A stretch of DNA of 64,000 nt from an uncultured bacterium (GCA_963705505.1 CAVPJU010000010.1:736001-800000), one strand, 5' to 3'; shown: positions 17,700 through 30,207, counted from the first letter of the stretch. Made by a program: numbers and translations. The notes: generated from the letters alone by a model not told the origin.

Positions 17700-18113
17700 A
17701 TGAAGAGCTTCACCGAATATCTGTGGTTCAACACGAAGGGAAAGAGGGAGATGGTGCACATCACGGATACCGTAAGGGATATAGTCAAAAAGAGCGGCGT
17801 CGCGGAAGGGTTTGTTCTCGTATCCGCCATGCACATAACGGCGGCTGTGTATGTGAACGACCTCGAGGACGGGCTCATCGAAGACATATGGGAATGGCTG
17901 GAAGGCCTTGCCCCTTACAGGGGTGATTACAGGCACCACAGGACGGGGGAGGACAACGGGGACGCGCACCTTAAAAACCTGATAATGCACCACCAGGTCA
18001 TCGTACCCATCACGAAGGGGGAGCTCGACCTAGGGCCCTGGCAGAGTGTATTTTACGCGGAATTCGACGGGCGGAGGAGAAAGAGGGTGATCGTGAAGGT
18101 CATAGGCGAGTGA
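17700..18113 (+). CDS. yjbQ: YjbQ/UPF0047 family protein
   Basis: [18 protein letters not shown] and [14 protein letters not shown] motifs. Confidence 0.9.
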   Translation: MKSFTEYLWFNTKGKREMVHITDTVRDIVKKSGVAEGFVLVSAMHITAAVYVNDLEDGLIEDIWEWLEGLAPYRGDYRHHRTGEDNGDAHLKNLIMHHQVIVPITKGELDLGPWQSVFYAEFDGRRRKRVIVKVIGE

Positions 18114-18161
18114 GGGCAGTCCCGGGATAATGCCGCCCCGATTCCTTTATAATAGATAACC

Positions 18162-18617
18162 ATGGACGAGAAGGGTAAAGACGTAAGAGGAGAGTGCAGG
18201 TTCTTCATAGACAAGACCGGGAACTGGTTTCAGGACGGTATAAGGATCAGGCACAGGGGAACATACCTTTACAACAACCGGCTCCTCGATATAGACGAGG
18301 AGGGGAGGTTTTATCTCGACGAGGGGAGCGGGAAGCTCTATGTGGAGGTCGAGGACACTCCGTTTGTCGTGAAGATGGTCCACAGGCGCGGGGAGGACTT
18401 TTACCTGAGATTAAACGACGAGACCGAAGAAAGACTCGACTTCGGGAGCCTGATAATCAATCGAGATAACGTCCCGTACACCAAGGTAAAAAATAAGAGG
18501 TTCGACGCGAGGCTCTCAAGGCCCGCCTATTACGAGCTTATGAAATACGCTGAAAAAGAAGGGAAGGATTATTTTATAACTGCGGGCGGAGTAAAATATT
18601 TCCTCAAAAAAAAGTAA
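18162..18617 (+). CDS. DUF1285-like protein
   Basis: IDKTGNWFQDG, VEVEDTPFVV and ARLSRPAYYEL motifs. Confidence 0.7.
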   Translation: MDEKGKDVRGECRFFIDKTGNWFQDGIRIRHRGTYLYNNRLLDIDEEGRFYLDEGSGKLYVEVEDTPFVVKMVHRRGEDFYLRLNDETEERLDFGSLIINRDNVPYTKVKNKRFDARLSRPAYYELMKYAEKEGKDYFITAGGVKYFLKKK

Positions 18618-18623
18618 TTCCGG

Positions 18624-19778
18624 TTACTGTAGCGAATTCACGAGCCTCACTATAATCTCGTCCGACAGAAGCGTGCCTTTCCTCGTGAGCCTTATAATAT
18701 CGCCGGATAATTCGATAAAGCCGTCTTCTCTCAAAGACTCGATACGCGATGAGTCGGGCGCGACGCCGTACCTGCCCCGTAAACCGTTCACGTCTATACC
18801 CTCATTCAGTCTGAAGCCCATGATTATCTGATCCTCGAGAGCCTCCTCCCTTCCGAGCTCTTCTGTGAAGTCGAGGGGCTTTTGTCCATGCCCGACCGCC
18901 TTCAAATATGAAGCGGGGTTCTTAATATTCGCCCATCTGCGGCCCCAGGGTGACTTCTCAGTCTTCATATGTGAATGGGCGCCTGCTCCGAGCCCCAGAT
19001 AATTCTCCCCCTTCCAGTAAAGGAGGTTATGCCTGCATTCATACCCCGGCCTGGCGTAGTTTGAAATCTCGTATTGCCCGTACCCCGCCCCCCCGAGGAA
19101 TTCGGTCGTGTAGCTGATAAACCGGGAGAGAGTATCCTCGCCGGGTAATATGAGCTTCCCCTTTTTGAAGAGCGCGCCGAACTCGGTGCCGTTTTCTATC
19201 GTCAGGCAGTATGCGGATATATGGCTCGATCCGAAACGGACGGCTTCTTCGAGGTCTCCCTGCCACTCTTCAAACGTCTCGCCGCCCGTACCGTACATGA
19301 GGTCGAAATTATAGTTTTCAAACCCCGCGGCGCCGACCTCCTCGAGTATCCTCCTTCCGTCCTCTGGGCTATTTATCCTGCCGAGAAAATCGAGCTTCCT
19401 CCGGGAGAACGACTGGACGCCGATGCTTATCCTGTTTACGCCCTCGCTGCGGAGCCCTTTGAGCTTCCCGAGATCGGCCGTCTTGGGGTTTACCTCGAGG
19501 GATACCTCGACGTTGCCCTGTGGGACGGTCATCCCGTAAATCTTAGATATGATCCTCCCGATGTTCCGGGGGTCGAAAAGAGAAGGAGTCCCCCCTCCGA
19601 AAAAGATCGAAGAAAGCTGCATTCCTTCTATATCCCCGCGGTAAAGCTCAAGCTCTCTCAATACCGAATCCGTGTACTCGGTTTCGGGAAAGCCGTCCCT
19701 GACACCCCAGGAATTGAAATCACAGTAGGGGCATTTTTTTACGCAGTAAGGTATGTGTATATATACGCCGAAAGCCAT
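18624..19778 (-). CDS. hemW: radical SAM heme chaperone HemW
   Basis: YIHIPYCVKKCPYCDF, GGGTPS, YEISNY and HNLLYW motifs. Confidence 0.93.
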   Translation of the reverse strand: MAFGVYIHIPYCVKKCPYCDFNSWGVRDGFPETEYTDSVLRELELYRGDIEGMQLSSIFFGGGTPSLFDPRNIGRIISKIYGMTVPQGNVEVSLEVNPKTADLGKLKGLRSEGVNRISIGVQSFSRRKLDFLGRINSPEDGRRILEEVGAAGFENYNFDLMYGTGGETFEEWQGDLEEAVRFGSSHISAYCLTIENGTEFGALFKKGKLILPGEDTLSRFISYTTEFLGGAGYGQYEISNYARPGYECRHNLLYWKGENYLGLGAGAHSHMKTEKSPWGRRWANIKNPASYLKAVGHGQKPLDFTEELGREEALEDQIIMGFRLNEGIDVNGLRGRYGVAPDSSRIESLREDGFIELSGDIIRLTRKGTLLSDEIIVRLVNSLQ

Positions 19779-19784
19779 TCCGGT

Positions 19785-19813
19785 ATTGTACGGGAGGAGC
19801 AGGGATGTTGCAA
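19785..19813 (-). promoter_or_regulatory. sigma70 promoter positioned for leaderless hemW mRNA
   Basis: TTGCAA-N17-TACAAT-N6-ATG, no SD. Confidence 0.6.
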
Positions 19814-19858
19814 CGGGTATGTTTTAGCGTCATATTATTGCTTTAATAAGGATATGAT

Positions 19859-21100
19859 ATGAAACCGGCCGGATTGGTACTTTTCATCATTTTAACCCTG
19901 CTCCCGGGCTTAAGCACGGCCGCGGCCCAGGAAAAAAAACTGCTGACCCTTAACGAAGCCATAGCGACCGCACTTGAAAAGAACCCGGGCATCACAATTT
20001 CCCAAGCCGATATAGAATCATCGAAGGCGGCTGTGAGGATTGCTAAAGACCCTTACTATCCCCAAATCTATACGAGGATAATAGTCCCGTTCGTAGGGCG
20101 GGAGTCGGGGTTCTTTCTGGACCAGATGATATGGGACTTCGGGCGCACATCGAACAAGGTCAAGTCGAGCAAGGCGCTGCTCGAGTCCTCAAAGTACAAT
20201 AAGGAGACGACGAGGGGCGATATAGAGCTGAATACCATTGTAAGCTATTACACCGTACTATCTCAGATGCATATTACGGAGGCCGCTGAAAAAAAGGCTC
20301 TGGAGGCTCAAAGACGCTTCGAGCAGGCGGAGGGTTTTTACAAAGCGGGCAGGATCTCGCAGATAGATGTGACGAAGGAAGAGGTGAACCTCGGGAACTC
20401 GAAGCTCGAACTGGCTACCGCCAGAAACAACCTCGTGATAGCCCAGGATAACCTCATGAACGCTATGGGCCTCGAAGGCGAATTTAACTTCGAGCTTGAG
20501 GACACGCCCGAATATAAAAAATCGGACATAAACCTTGCGGATTCGCTGGACCAGGCGATAGAATCGAGACCGGAGATCAAGAGCTTAGAGGCGCAGGAAG
20601 CCTCGATGAAAGCCAATCTGGAAGCCGCTAAAAAAGAGTTCTACCCCCTCTTATTCGGAAGGACCGCTTACAGGTTCAAGGGGGAAGGGTCGGAAACGCC
20701 GGGTTTTATAGCCGGCGTGGGACTGCAATTCCCAATATTCGAAGGGTTCTCGAGGTTTGCCAACATACAGGACGCCAAGGCCAAATTGATGCGTTCTCAG
20801 GCCCAGATCCAAACGGCGAAGGTGGAAATCGCGACCGAGGTCAAACAGCTCGGGCTCGACCTCGAGCTCGCCGAAGAGAATATTCAGGTAACGGAGAAAA
20901 CGAGAGAATCCGCCGAGCGGAGCCTCTTACTCGCGCGCGAGAGATACAGGCTCGAGAGGGCGTCGGAGCTCGAGCTCGCCGAGGCGGAAGCTATTTATTC
21001 ATCGAGCAATGCGGCATACAGGCAGGCTATTTACAACTACAACATTACGGCTGCGAGACTCAAACGCGCTATAGGTGGAACCGATGAATTTGATAAATAA
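19859..21100 (+). CDS. TolC-family outer membrane efflux protein
   Basis: Signal peptide, LTLNEAIATALEKNP, two OEP repeats, first gene of exporter operon. Confidence 0.9.
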   Translation: MKPAGLVLFIILTLLPGLSTAAAQEKKLLTLNEAIATALEKNPGITISQADIESSKAAVRIAKDPYYPQIYTRIIVPFVGRESGFFLDQMIWDFGRTSNKVKSSKALLESSKYNKETTRGDIELNTIVSYYTVLSQMHITEAAEKKALEAQRRFEQAEGFYKAGRISQIDVTKEEVNLGNSKLELATARNNLVIAQDNLMNAMGLEGEFNFELEDTPEYKKSDINLADSLDQAIESRPEIKSLEAQEASMKANLEAAKKEFYPLLFGRTAYRFKGEGSETPGFIAGVGLQFPIFEGFSRFANIQDAKAKLMRSQAQIQTAKVEIATEVKQLGLDLELAEENIQVTEKTRESAERSLLLARERYRLERASELELAEAEAIYSSSNAAYRQAIYNYNITAARLKRAIGGTDEFDK

Positions 21101-22232
21101 GAAGACTATTGCCGGGCTGATCATAATTCTGATACTGGGTATTTTTATCGTGCCGAGATTCCTCGGGAGGAAAGATTCAGGGATCACGTACAGGACTGCC
21201 GAGGTTGACAGGAACGATGTAATATCGATCATTGCCGCAACAGGGACGGTCAACCCGATTATGACGATCAACGTCGGGTCCCAGGTATCGGGGACGGTGA
21301 GCAAAATTTACGCCGACTACAACGCCCGGGTCAAGAAGGGGGACCCGCTTGCAGAAATAGACCCGGCGCCGCTCAAAACAGAGCTAAAGAGGGCCGAGGC
21401 TGACAACAAAAGGGCACAGGCCGACTTCAATATCGCAAACTCTTTATATAATGCAAATAAAGAGCTTTATGAAAAAAGACTCATACCTAAAGAAGAGTTC
21501 GACTCTTCCCAGGCAAAATATTCTTCCTCGCTCGCGGCTTTCGATCAGTCTAAGGTCGCTCTGGAGATAGCGCAATCGAACCTCAATAATACAGTAATCA
21601 GGTCTCCCATAGACGGGGTCGTCCTGTCGAGGAGCATAAACGCGGGTGAAACAGTCACCCCCGCCGGTAAGCCCCTTTTCGTCATATCGGATGACCTCTC
21701 GAAGATGCAGATCGACACCAGGGTAAGCGAGGCGGACATAGGGAAGGTGGGCGGCGACCAGAAGGCATACTTCAAGGTGGACGCCTATCCGAATGAAACA
21801 TTCGACGGGGTCGTATCACAGGTGAGAAACGAACCCATAATAACCAACAACGTCGTCACCTATAACGTCCTGGTGCAGACGGGAAATAAGGATATGAAAT
21901 TGAAACCGGGGATGACGGCCGAGGTGAAAATCGTCGTAGCCGATAAGAAGGATGTGCTCAGGGTCCCCACCGCCGCTCTCAGGTTCATACCCCCAGCCTC
22001 AGCCGACATAAAGGATAAGCCCGGCGAGCTCTCCGACAAATCGTATGTATGGATACCGCTCGGGGGCGGGCAGATAGGGGCTTTACCCGTGAAGCCCGGG
22101 GTGAGCGACGATATGTACACCGAGATACCCGACGGGGACTTGAAGGAAGGTCAGAAGGTCATCATAGAAGCCGTAACCGGCGGAAAGACGGACAGCAGCT
22201 CCTCATACCTCCCACAGCCGAGGAGATTCTGA
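21084..22232 (+). CDS. MacA-like periplasmic adaptor subunit
   Basis: ATGTVNP..VGSQVSG, IRSPIDG, VSEADIG and LKPGMTA motifs. Confidence 0.92.
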   Translation: MNLINKKTIAGLIIILILGIFIVPRFLGRKDSGITYRTAEVDRNDVISIIAATGTVNPIMTINVGSQVSGTVSKIYADYNARVKKGDPLAEIDPAPLKTELKRAEADNKRAQADFNIANSLYNANKELYEKRLIPKEEFDSSQAKYSSSLAAFDQSKVALEIAQSNLNNTVIRSPIDGVVLSRSINAGETVTPAGKPLFVISDDLSKMQIDTRVSEADIGKVGGDQKAYFKVDAYPNETFDGVVSQVRNEPIITNNVVTYNVLVQTGNKDMKLKPGMTAEVKIVVADKKDVLRVPTAALRFIPPASADIKDKPGELSDKSYVWIPLGGGQIGALPVKPGVSDDMYTEIPDGDLKEGQKVIIEAVTGGKTDSSSSYLPQPRRF

Positions 22233-22235
22233 GGG

Positions 22236-22961
22236 ATGAGCGGTAACGTCATCGTCACCAAAGACATACACAAGGTCTATAAGCTCGGGGACATGGAGGT
22301 CCATGCGCTCAGGGGCGTTTCGGTCGATATAAAGGAAGGGGAATTCGTATCCATAATGGGCGCTTCGGGCTCGGGGAAGAGCACGTTCATGAATATAATC
22401 GGCTGCCTCGATAAACCGACGAGCGGGAATTATTACCTCGACGGCAACAGGGTCTCCGATATGGACAAGGACGAGCTTGCCGGGATAAGGAACAGCAAGA
22501 TAGGGTTCGTGTTCCAGAGCTTTAATCTCCTCGCGAGAACGACGGCTGCCGAGAACGTGGAGCTGCCGATGATCTACAACAACACCGACACTAAAAACAG
22601 GGTGAAGCTCGCGTACGATGCGCTCGGGAGAGTGGGTCTCAGCGGCAGGGAGAAGCATTACCCCTCGCAGCTCTCGGGCGGGCAGCAGCAGCGTGTGGCC
22701 ATAGCGCGCGCCATCGTGAACGACCCCAGCATCATACTCGCCGACGAGCCGACAGGGAACCTCGATACCGGTATGAGCTCCGAAATAATGGAGATATTCA
22801 GGGCACTCAACGAGCAGGGAAAAACGATCATCATAATCACTCACGAGCACGATATTGCCGAGAACGCGGAGCGCATTATCATATTCAAGGACGGCTCCAT
22901 TCTGGAAGAAAAAAGAAGGGAGCGCCCTGGCCGCGAAGTCCCGCAAACGAAACTCATATGA
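22236..22961 (+). CDS. ABC transporter ATP-binding protein (MacB/LolD type)
   Basis: [17 protein letters not shown] and ADEPTGNLD motifs. Confidence 0.95.
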   Translation: MSGNVIVTKDIHKVYKLGDMEVHALRGVSVDIKEGEFVSIMGASGSGKSTFMNIIGCLDKPTSGNYYLDGNRVSDMDKDELAGIRNSKIGFVFQSFNLLARTTAAENVELPMIYNNTDTKNRVKLAYDALGRVGLSGREKHYPSQLSGGQQQRVAIARAIVNDPSIILADEPTGNLDTGMSSEIMEIFRALNEQGKTIIIITHEHDIAENAERIIIFKDGSILEEKRRERPGREVPQTKLI

Positions 22962-24160
22962 ATTTCCTCGCAGCACTGAAGGTCTCATACAGAGCCATAA
23001 AAACCAATAAGATCAGGTCTATCCTTACGACCCTCGGCATCATCATCGGCGTCGCGGCGGTCATATCCCTCGTCGCACTGACACAGGGAGCGAACAGGAT
23101 GATCGAGGAGCAGCTCACGAGCCTGGGAGGGAAGTCGCTCATCATCAACCCGGGGAAGAGGGGGGTGGGCGTCCAGGACAGCACAATCAGCCTCACTGCA
23201 GACGACGCCGAAGCCATAAGGAAACTCGGGATCGTGAAATACGTTTCCCCGATGCTCGACTCCCCGGAACAGGTGGTCTGGGGAAACAGGGACTGGTTCA
23301 CGGTGGTCGTGGGGACGAGCCCCGATTTCGTTTTCATAAACGACTGGTACCCGGATGCGGGAGTCTTTTTCAATAACGAGGACGTGGCGAGCATGCAAAA
23401 TGTGTGCGTGCTCGGGAGGACAGTCGTGTCCAACCTCTTCGGATACAGAGACCCAGTAGGAGAAACGGTGAGGATAGGCAAAAACTCGTTCAGGGTGATA
23501 GGGGTCATGGCCTCGCTCGGGCAGACATCGGGCGGTAGAGACCAGGACGACGTCGCGCTCATCCCTTATACTACTTTCCAGAAGAGGATACTCGGTACGA
23601 ATACGCTCGAGACCATCTCCGTTTCCGTAAACTCGCCCGGGGATATCCCCGGAGCCGAGTCCCAAATAACGCTCCTCCTCCGCGAAAGGCACAAAATCGG
23701 CAAGGACGAGGAAGACAACTTTTATATCAGGTCCCAGTTCGGGGTTATCCAGAGGATTTTCAGCATATCCAACATAATGACCATTCTCCTGGGAAGCATC
23801 GCCTCGATCTCTCTTATAGTGGGCGGAATAGGAATCATGAACATAATGCTCGTATCCGTAGGGGAGAGGACTAAAGAAATAGGTATAAGGATGGCGGTAG
23901 GAGCCAAAGAAAAGGATATTATGGTTCAGTTTCTGATAGAGGCGGTGATGCTTTCCCTAACCGGGGGACTTATAGGGATTGCCGTGGGCATAATCGGATC
24001 AGAAGTCGCCTCGTCATTCACGGGGTGGAAAACCGTCATATCCCCCGAATCCGTATTACTGTCCTTTTGCTTCGCTGCCCTCATCGGAATCTTTTTCGGC
24101 ATCTATCCGGCAAAGAAGGCATCAAAGCTCGACCCGATAGAGGCCCTCAGGTACGAGTAG
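22958..24160 (+). CDS. ABC transporter permease (MacB/FtsX type)
   Basis: RSILTTLGIIIG, VGGIGIMNIMLVSV.ERTKEIG and LDPIEALRYE motifs. Confidence 0.95.
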   Translation: MNFLAALKVSYRAIKTNKIRSILTTLGIIIGVAAVISLVALTQGANRMIEEQLTSLGGKSLIINPGKRGVGVQDSTISLTADDAEAIRKLGIVKYVSPMLDSPEQVVWGNRDWFTVVVGTSPDFVFINDWYPDAGVFFNNEDVASMQNVCVLGRTVVSNLFGYRDPVGETVRIGKNSFRVIGVMASLGQTSGGRDQDDVALIPYTTFQKRILGTNTLETISVSVNSPGDIPGAESQITLLLRERHKIGKDEEDNFYIRSQFGVIQRIFSISNIMTILLGSIASISLIVGGIGIMNIMLVSVGERTKEIGIRMAVGAKEKDIMVQFLIEAVMLSLTGGLIGIAVGIIGSEVASSFTGWKTVISPESVLLSFCFAALIGIFFGIYPAKKASKLDPIEALRYE

Positions 24161-24189
24161 GCTCTATACAGTCTCCGGTCCGGGAGCCA

Positions 24190-26059
24190 TTAGTAATACA
24201 CGTTTATGAACCCCGTCCCGCCCACCGCGAAATCGTCTTCCTGGTCGCCGTTTACGTCTTCAAGCCCTTCGACAACACTTCCGTACTGGGAGTCCCCGTC
24301 CTGTCCTGTGAGCGTTATGTTAGCCTGGCTCGCAGTGACCGCAGCCGGGAAATTGTCCTGTCCGAAGAATACGTAAACCGAACCGTTCGGAACCCCGGGA
24401 GCGCCCACTCCGAAATCGGCGTTGCTCACTTGGTATTGAAGCACTATTGCCGTGTTCCTCTGCTTCTCTACCAATCCCGGCGTGAGGAAAGGGAACACGC
24501 TTATAGAGGTCCCGAAGAGGTCTCCGGGGTTCAAGCCCGTAAAGTCCGTCTCCGCGACCGGGGTCGTTCCGTCTTTTAAGTTAGCCTCGAGATCCGTTCC
24601 CGAATACAGGAACACGGAACCCGTATCGCTGTTGGTCCCGGGCGCGCCCACTATCACGTCGTCCGTACCCTGCCCGTCCTCGTCTATATCCCCGTTCCCC
24701 GATATGCTCATGCCGAAGCTGTCATCCGCGTTCCCTTCAAGTATCAGGACGTCGTTCGTATCGGTGGCGAGGTCTTTGCTCTGAAGATTGTCTTTTCCGA
24801 AGATTATATAAGCCTTCCCGAGATCGGGCGCACCGATACCCAGCTCGTCGAAGCTGTTATTGTCTATCAAGCCGAGGAGCGCGAGCGAGAAGCCGAAGAG
24901 GCCTCCCGATTGCTGTCCGGTGAATATGGCATGGGCGGACGTCGCAGGATTTACGGCGGTCTTGTCGAGGTCGGGCCCCTTGTAAACATAGGCCCTGCCC
25001 GTGTCCGAGCTATAGAAAGGAGCGCCTACCACGAATACCCCCCTCCCGTTTAAAATTCCGCTACCGTCCTCGACTGAGAGTCCGAAATTATCTCCCTGGT
25101 TCTCCCCCTCTATCTCGATATGCTCCACACTCCCGTCGGTAAGATTTATCTCGCTCGGAAACGTACTGCTCCCGAAGACGACGTATACCTTTCCGGTTCC
25201 GTTATCAAAATCGGGCGCTCCTATTACAAGCTCCTCCGCCTGTCTGTCTCCGCCGAAATCGGCGGTGGTTGCGAGTGAGGCGCCAAAACCGTCAGACGCG
25301 TTGCCGATAATAGTGACATCGGCGTCCGCGACATCGATGAGAGCGCTCCCGTTGTTGGTCAGATCGTTTTGGCCGAAAAATATATAAACCTTCCCCAGGC
25401 ACGGGTCACCGACCGCATAATCGTTAATGCCTATATTCTGACTGCCTCCGCTGCATATATCCTGATCATTTTCGATGATACATATATTCTGTGTTATCTC
25501 GTCGCCATTGTAATTGCCCGCTGCGACGGACTGCCCTAAGCAGCTCCCGGGCTCGCTGCTCACATACCTGATGTTCTGAAGGGGCGTCGAGAGCTCGACT
25601 ACGTTTGACGGATTTGAGGACTTGCCGGTCTCGTCGTTACTGCGCACGGTATAAAAGTAAGAGGTCTCGCCGCTGATATCGAGCCTCGGGGAGAGGAAGC
25701 TCTCGGGACTGCCCGCGGGCTGCGGCTCCTGGAAATCCGGCACCTGCGTCGCATTCTTGAAATTATCTATTACAGCGTTCTGGATTTCAGAAAACGGGAC
25801 TCCGTCGAGATTAGGGACACCCAGGATTTCAGCCACCTGGACGTCGCTGTAGAACCTCGGAAAGTAGATGGTCACCTTCCCGCTGTTTCCGTTGTCTCCG
25901 GGGGCTGTCCAGCTAAGGAGTCTGGTAATTTCTTCGGTAGAGAGATCACTTATAGTCCCGGGCGTTTTGCTAGTCGCCCACGGCGCATGAAGCCAGCAAT
26001 GCGATGACGGATAAACAAGATAGGATAGAGATCGATTTCAATTTCCTGCTAAATTTCAT
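24190..26059 (-). pseudogene. FG-GAP/integrin-alpha repeat surface lipoprotein with a frameshift after the signal peptide
   Basis: ATG 26059 gives MKFSRKLKSISILSCLSVIALLASC-AVGD* (stop 25970-25972). The adjacent frame continues TSKTPGTISDL...LSWTAPGDNG into ORF 24190-25875, which has repeated D(L/V)xxGAP and FG.S(L/V) motifs. Confidence 0.75.
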
Positions 26060-26272
26060 ATGGTTGTCCCTTGCAGAATTTTTTTAAAATATAAGATTCT
26101 ACCGAACTTAAATTATATTTCCAACATAAAAGCACAATCCGGTCGGAATAATTATCACCTCAGATAAAAATAGCCGAAAGTCGTCAGGGCTGTCCGGGCC
26201 GCCGCTTTCGACGCTGCATTAATAATAACCGATAAAATCATAGGATTTGATAGCCATGAACTCCTATGGTAA

Positions 26273-27586
<1,314 letters not shown>

Positions 27587-27741
27587 GAAGGCGTTCCCCC
27601 GCAAGAAACCCTTATTGATTATAGGGAACTCGTACTTATATTTTTCGTATATTAAACTCTTGTAACCGGGCGGCAAGCTGCATAAGTACTGTTTATTATG
27701 TATAATTTATCTTTGAAGACATTTGTTTAAAAGGAAATGTT

Positions 27742-29166
27742 ATGCCTGCAAAAACACTTTTTAATAAGATATGGGAAGCGCATGTGGTGAACGAAGAGCC
27801 GGGAAAGCCGACACTCATTTACATCGACCTCCATCTGGTTCACGAGGTAACCTCACCCCAGGCTTTTGAGGGATTGAGGCTCTCGGGCCGGGGGGTCAGA
27901 AGGCCCGATCTTACATACGCAACCATGGACCATAACGTGCCCACGACGAACAGAGCCCTGCCTATAAAAGACCCGATCTCCGCCCAGCAGATAGAGGTGC
28001 TCAGAAAAAACTGCGAGGAGTTCGGGATTACGCTATTCGGTCTTAACATAAACAGCGATATGCAGGGAATAGTCCATGTCATAGGACCCGAGCTCGGTCT
28101 GACGAAGCCCGGGTTAACGATCGTCTGCGGGGACAGCCATACCTCCACGCACGGAGCCTTCGGGTCGCTCGCATTCGGAATCGGTACGAGCGAGGTCGAG
28201 CACGTGCTCGCAACACAGTGCCTGAGGCAGAGCCGTCCCAGGGAATTCGAAATCCGGGTAGAAGGGAAGAGAGGCTACGGTGTAACCGCCAAGGATATAA
28301 TCCTCAGCATCATCGGCCATATAGGCACTGCCGGCGCAACGGGGACAGTGGTAGAGTACCGCGGGCCGGCAATTGAAGCCCTCACGATGGAAGAGAGGAT
28401 GACCGTATGCAATATGTCGATAGAGGCGGGGGCAAGGGCCGGAATGATCGCTCCCGATGAGAAAACCTTCGAATACGTTAAAGGGCGGAGATACTCTCCC
28501 AAGGGCGCCGAGTTCGATAAAGCAGTAGAAGAATGGCGGAAGCTCAAGACGGACGAGGGCGCGACGTTCGATAAATCCTTCACGCTTGAGGCTTCCAAGA
28601 TCGCCCCTCAGGTGAGCTGGGGGACAAACCCCGGAATGGTAACTGACGTCACGGGTATAGTGCCCGACCCCGACGCAATGGACGACGAGAATAACCGCAA
28701 GGCTACAAGAAGCGCGCTCGAATACATGGGCCTTAATCCGAGAACGCCGATACGGGACATCAAGATAGACAGGGTATTCATAGGCTCGTGTACGAATGCG
28801 AGGATACAGGACCTGAGGGAAGCGGCTAAGGTAGTCAAAGGCAGGAAAGTTGCGCCTACAGTCAGGGCAATGGTAGTTCCGGGCTCGCAGCTCGTAAAAC
28901 TCCAGGCGGAAAAGATAGGCCTCGACAAGATTTTCAAGGAGGCCGGGTTCGAATGGAGGGAATCCGGGTGCAGCATGTGTCTCGGCATGAACCCCGACAT
29001 ACTCGAGCCGGGAGAAAGGTGCGCGAGCACGTCTAACAGGAACTTCGAGGGGCGGCAGGGGAAAGGCGGGAGGACTCATCTCGTAAGCCCGATAATGGCA
29101 GCCGCGGCCGCAATAGAAGGCCACTTCGTCGATGTGAGGGATTGGGACCTGCAAAAGGAAATCTAA
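27742..29166 (+). CDS. leuC: 3-isopropylmalate dehydratase large subunit
   Basis: [29 protein letters not shown] and [11 protein letters not shown] motifs. Confidence 0.98.
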   Translation: MPAKTLFNKIWEAHVVNEEPGKPTLIYIDLHLVHEVTSPQAFEGLRLSGRGVRRPDLTYATMDHNVPTTNRALPIKDPISAQQIEVLRKNCEEFGITLFGLNINSDMQGIVHVIGPELGLTKPGLTIVCGDSHTSTHGAFGSLAFGIGTSEVEHVLATQCLRQSRPREFEIRVEGKRGYGVTAKDIILSIIGHIGTAGATGTVVEYRGPAIEALTMEERMTVCNMSIEAGARAGMIAPDEKTFEYVKGRRYSPKGAEFDKAVEEWRKLKTDEGATFDKSFTLEASKIAPQVSWGTNPGMVTDVTGIVPDPDAMDDENNRKATRSALEYMGLNPRTPIRDIKIDRVFIGSCTNARIQDLREAAKVVKGRKVAPTVRAMVVPGSQLVKLQAEKIGLDKIFKEAGFEWRESGCSMCLGMNPDILEPGERCASTSNRNFEGRQGKGGRTHLVSPIMAAAAAIEGHFVDVRDWDLQKEI

Positions 29167-29179
29167 AGGGGAATCAAGT

Positions 29180-29797
29180 ATGGAACCGCTTAAAAAAGTT
29201 ACCGGTATCGTCGCACCCCTTGACAGGATGAATGTCGATACCGACCAGATAATCCCGAAGCAGTTTTTAAAAAGGATAGAACGGACGGGCTTCGGGGAGT
29301 TTTTATTCTTTGACTGGCGCTACAACGAGGACGGCAGCGAGAACCCGGAGTTCGAGCTCAACAAGGCACATCTCAAGGGCGCCAATATACTTCTGACAGG
29401 CCACAACTTCGGGAGCGGGAGCTCCCGGGAACACGCCCCCTGGGCGCTCAGGGAATACGGATTCCAGGTAATCATAGCCCCTTCGTTCGCCGACATCTTT
29501 TATAACAACTGTTTTAAGAACGCGATACTGCCTGTAGTTCTCCATGAAGATACGGTAAAAGAGCTCTTCTCGAGAGTGAACTCGAAGAAGGGCTATAAGC
29601 TCACGGTCGACCTCGAATCCCAGAGCATGGAAGGCGAGGACGGGTGGAAAGCAAGCTTCGATATAGACCCCTTTAAGAAAAAGACGCTGCTTGAGGGACT
29701 CGACGATATAGCGCTCACGCTCCATAACGAGGACAAGATCAGGGCGTATGAGATATCCAAAGAAAGGAAATGGGCGATCCCCTCGCAACCACACTGA
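29180..29797 (+). CDS. leuD: 3-isopropylmalate dehydratase small subunit
   Basis: NVDTDQIIPKQFL and NFGSGSSREHAPW motifs. Confidence 0.98.
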   Translation: MEPLKKVTGIVAPLDRMNVDTDQIIPKQFLKRIERTGFGEFLFFDWRYNEDGSENPEFELNKAHLKGANILLTGHNFGSGSSREHAPWALREYGFQVIIAPSFADIFYNNCFKNAILPVVLHEDTVKELFSRVNSKKGYKLTVDLESQSMEGEDGWKASFDIDPFKKKTLLEGLDDIALTLHNEDKIRAYEISKERKWAIPSQPH

Positions 29798-29809
29798 AAG
29801 GAAACCCCC

Positions 29810-30034
29810 TTACTTCCCGCGCATTAAAAAGCTGAGTATGAGGGAGAGGATTATGCTTATGAGTATCGACGACGCGAGCGGGAAATAGAAGGAGGCGTTG
29901 CCGCGCTTAAAATAAAAATCTCCCGGCAGCTTGCCTATAAACGGGATTTTAGGGGCGAAGGCGATGAGCAATCCTATGACCACCAACGTTATCCCAACTA
30001 TAATTATCAGCTTTCCGAGACCCTGAAATTCCAT
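29810..30034 (-). CDS. DUF2905 family small membrane protein
   Basis: IGKLPGDF...FYFPLASSILIS pattern. Confidence 0.88.
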   Translation of the reverse strand: MEFQGLGKLIIIVGITLVVIGLLIAFAPKIPFIGKLPGDFYFKRGNASFYFPLASSILISIILSLILSFLMRGK

Positions 30035-30153
30035 TCTGCATGACCCGTACGAGGACCGGATAAATTATACCATCCCGGGACTTTGCAGCCTACTGAAACG
30101 GAGGAGAAGAACCCTGGCGGCAGATGCGCATCCCACAAAAACTAGTGGAATTT

Positions 30154-30207
30154 TAGACAAATGGACTATAAGATTGTAGAATATAAACAATTGGCATAGA
30201 ATTTGAT
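30154..30207 (+). promoter_or_regulatory. rpoN promoter: sigma70 boxes followed by a sigma54-like site
   Basis: TAGACA(30154)-N17-TAGAAT(30177), then TTGGCATAGAATTTGAT (30191-30207). Confidence 0.55.

Noticed and set aside
27587..27741. Leucine attenuator or T-box upstream of leuC
   Set aside because: No Leu-rich leader peptide or T-box motif; only a TATAAT box
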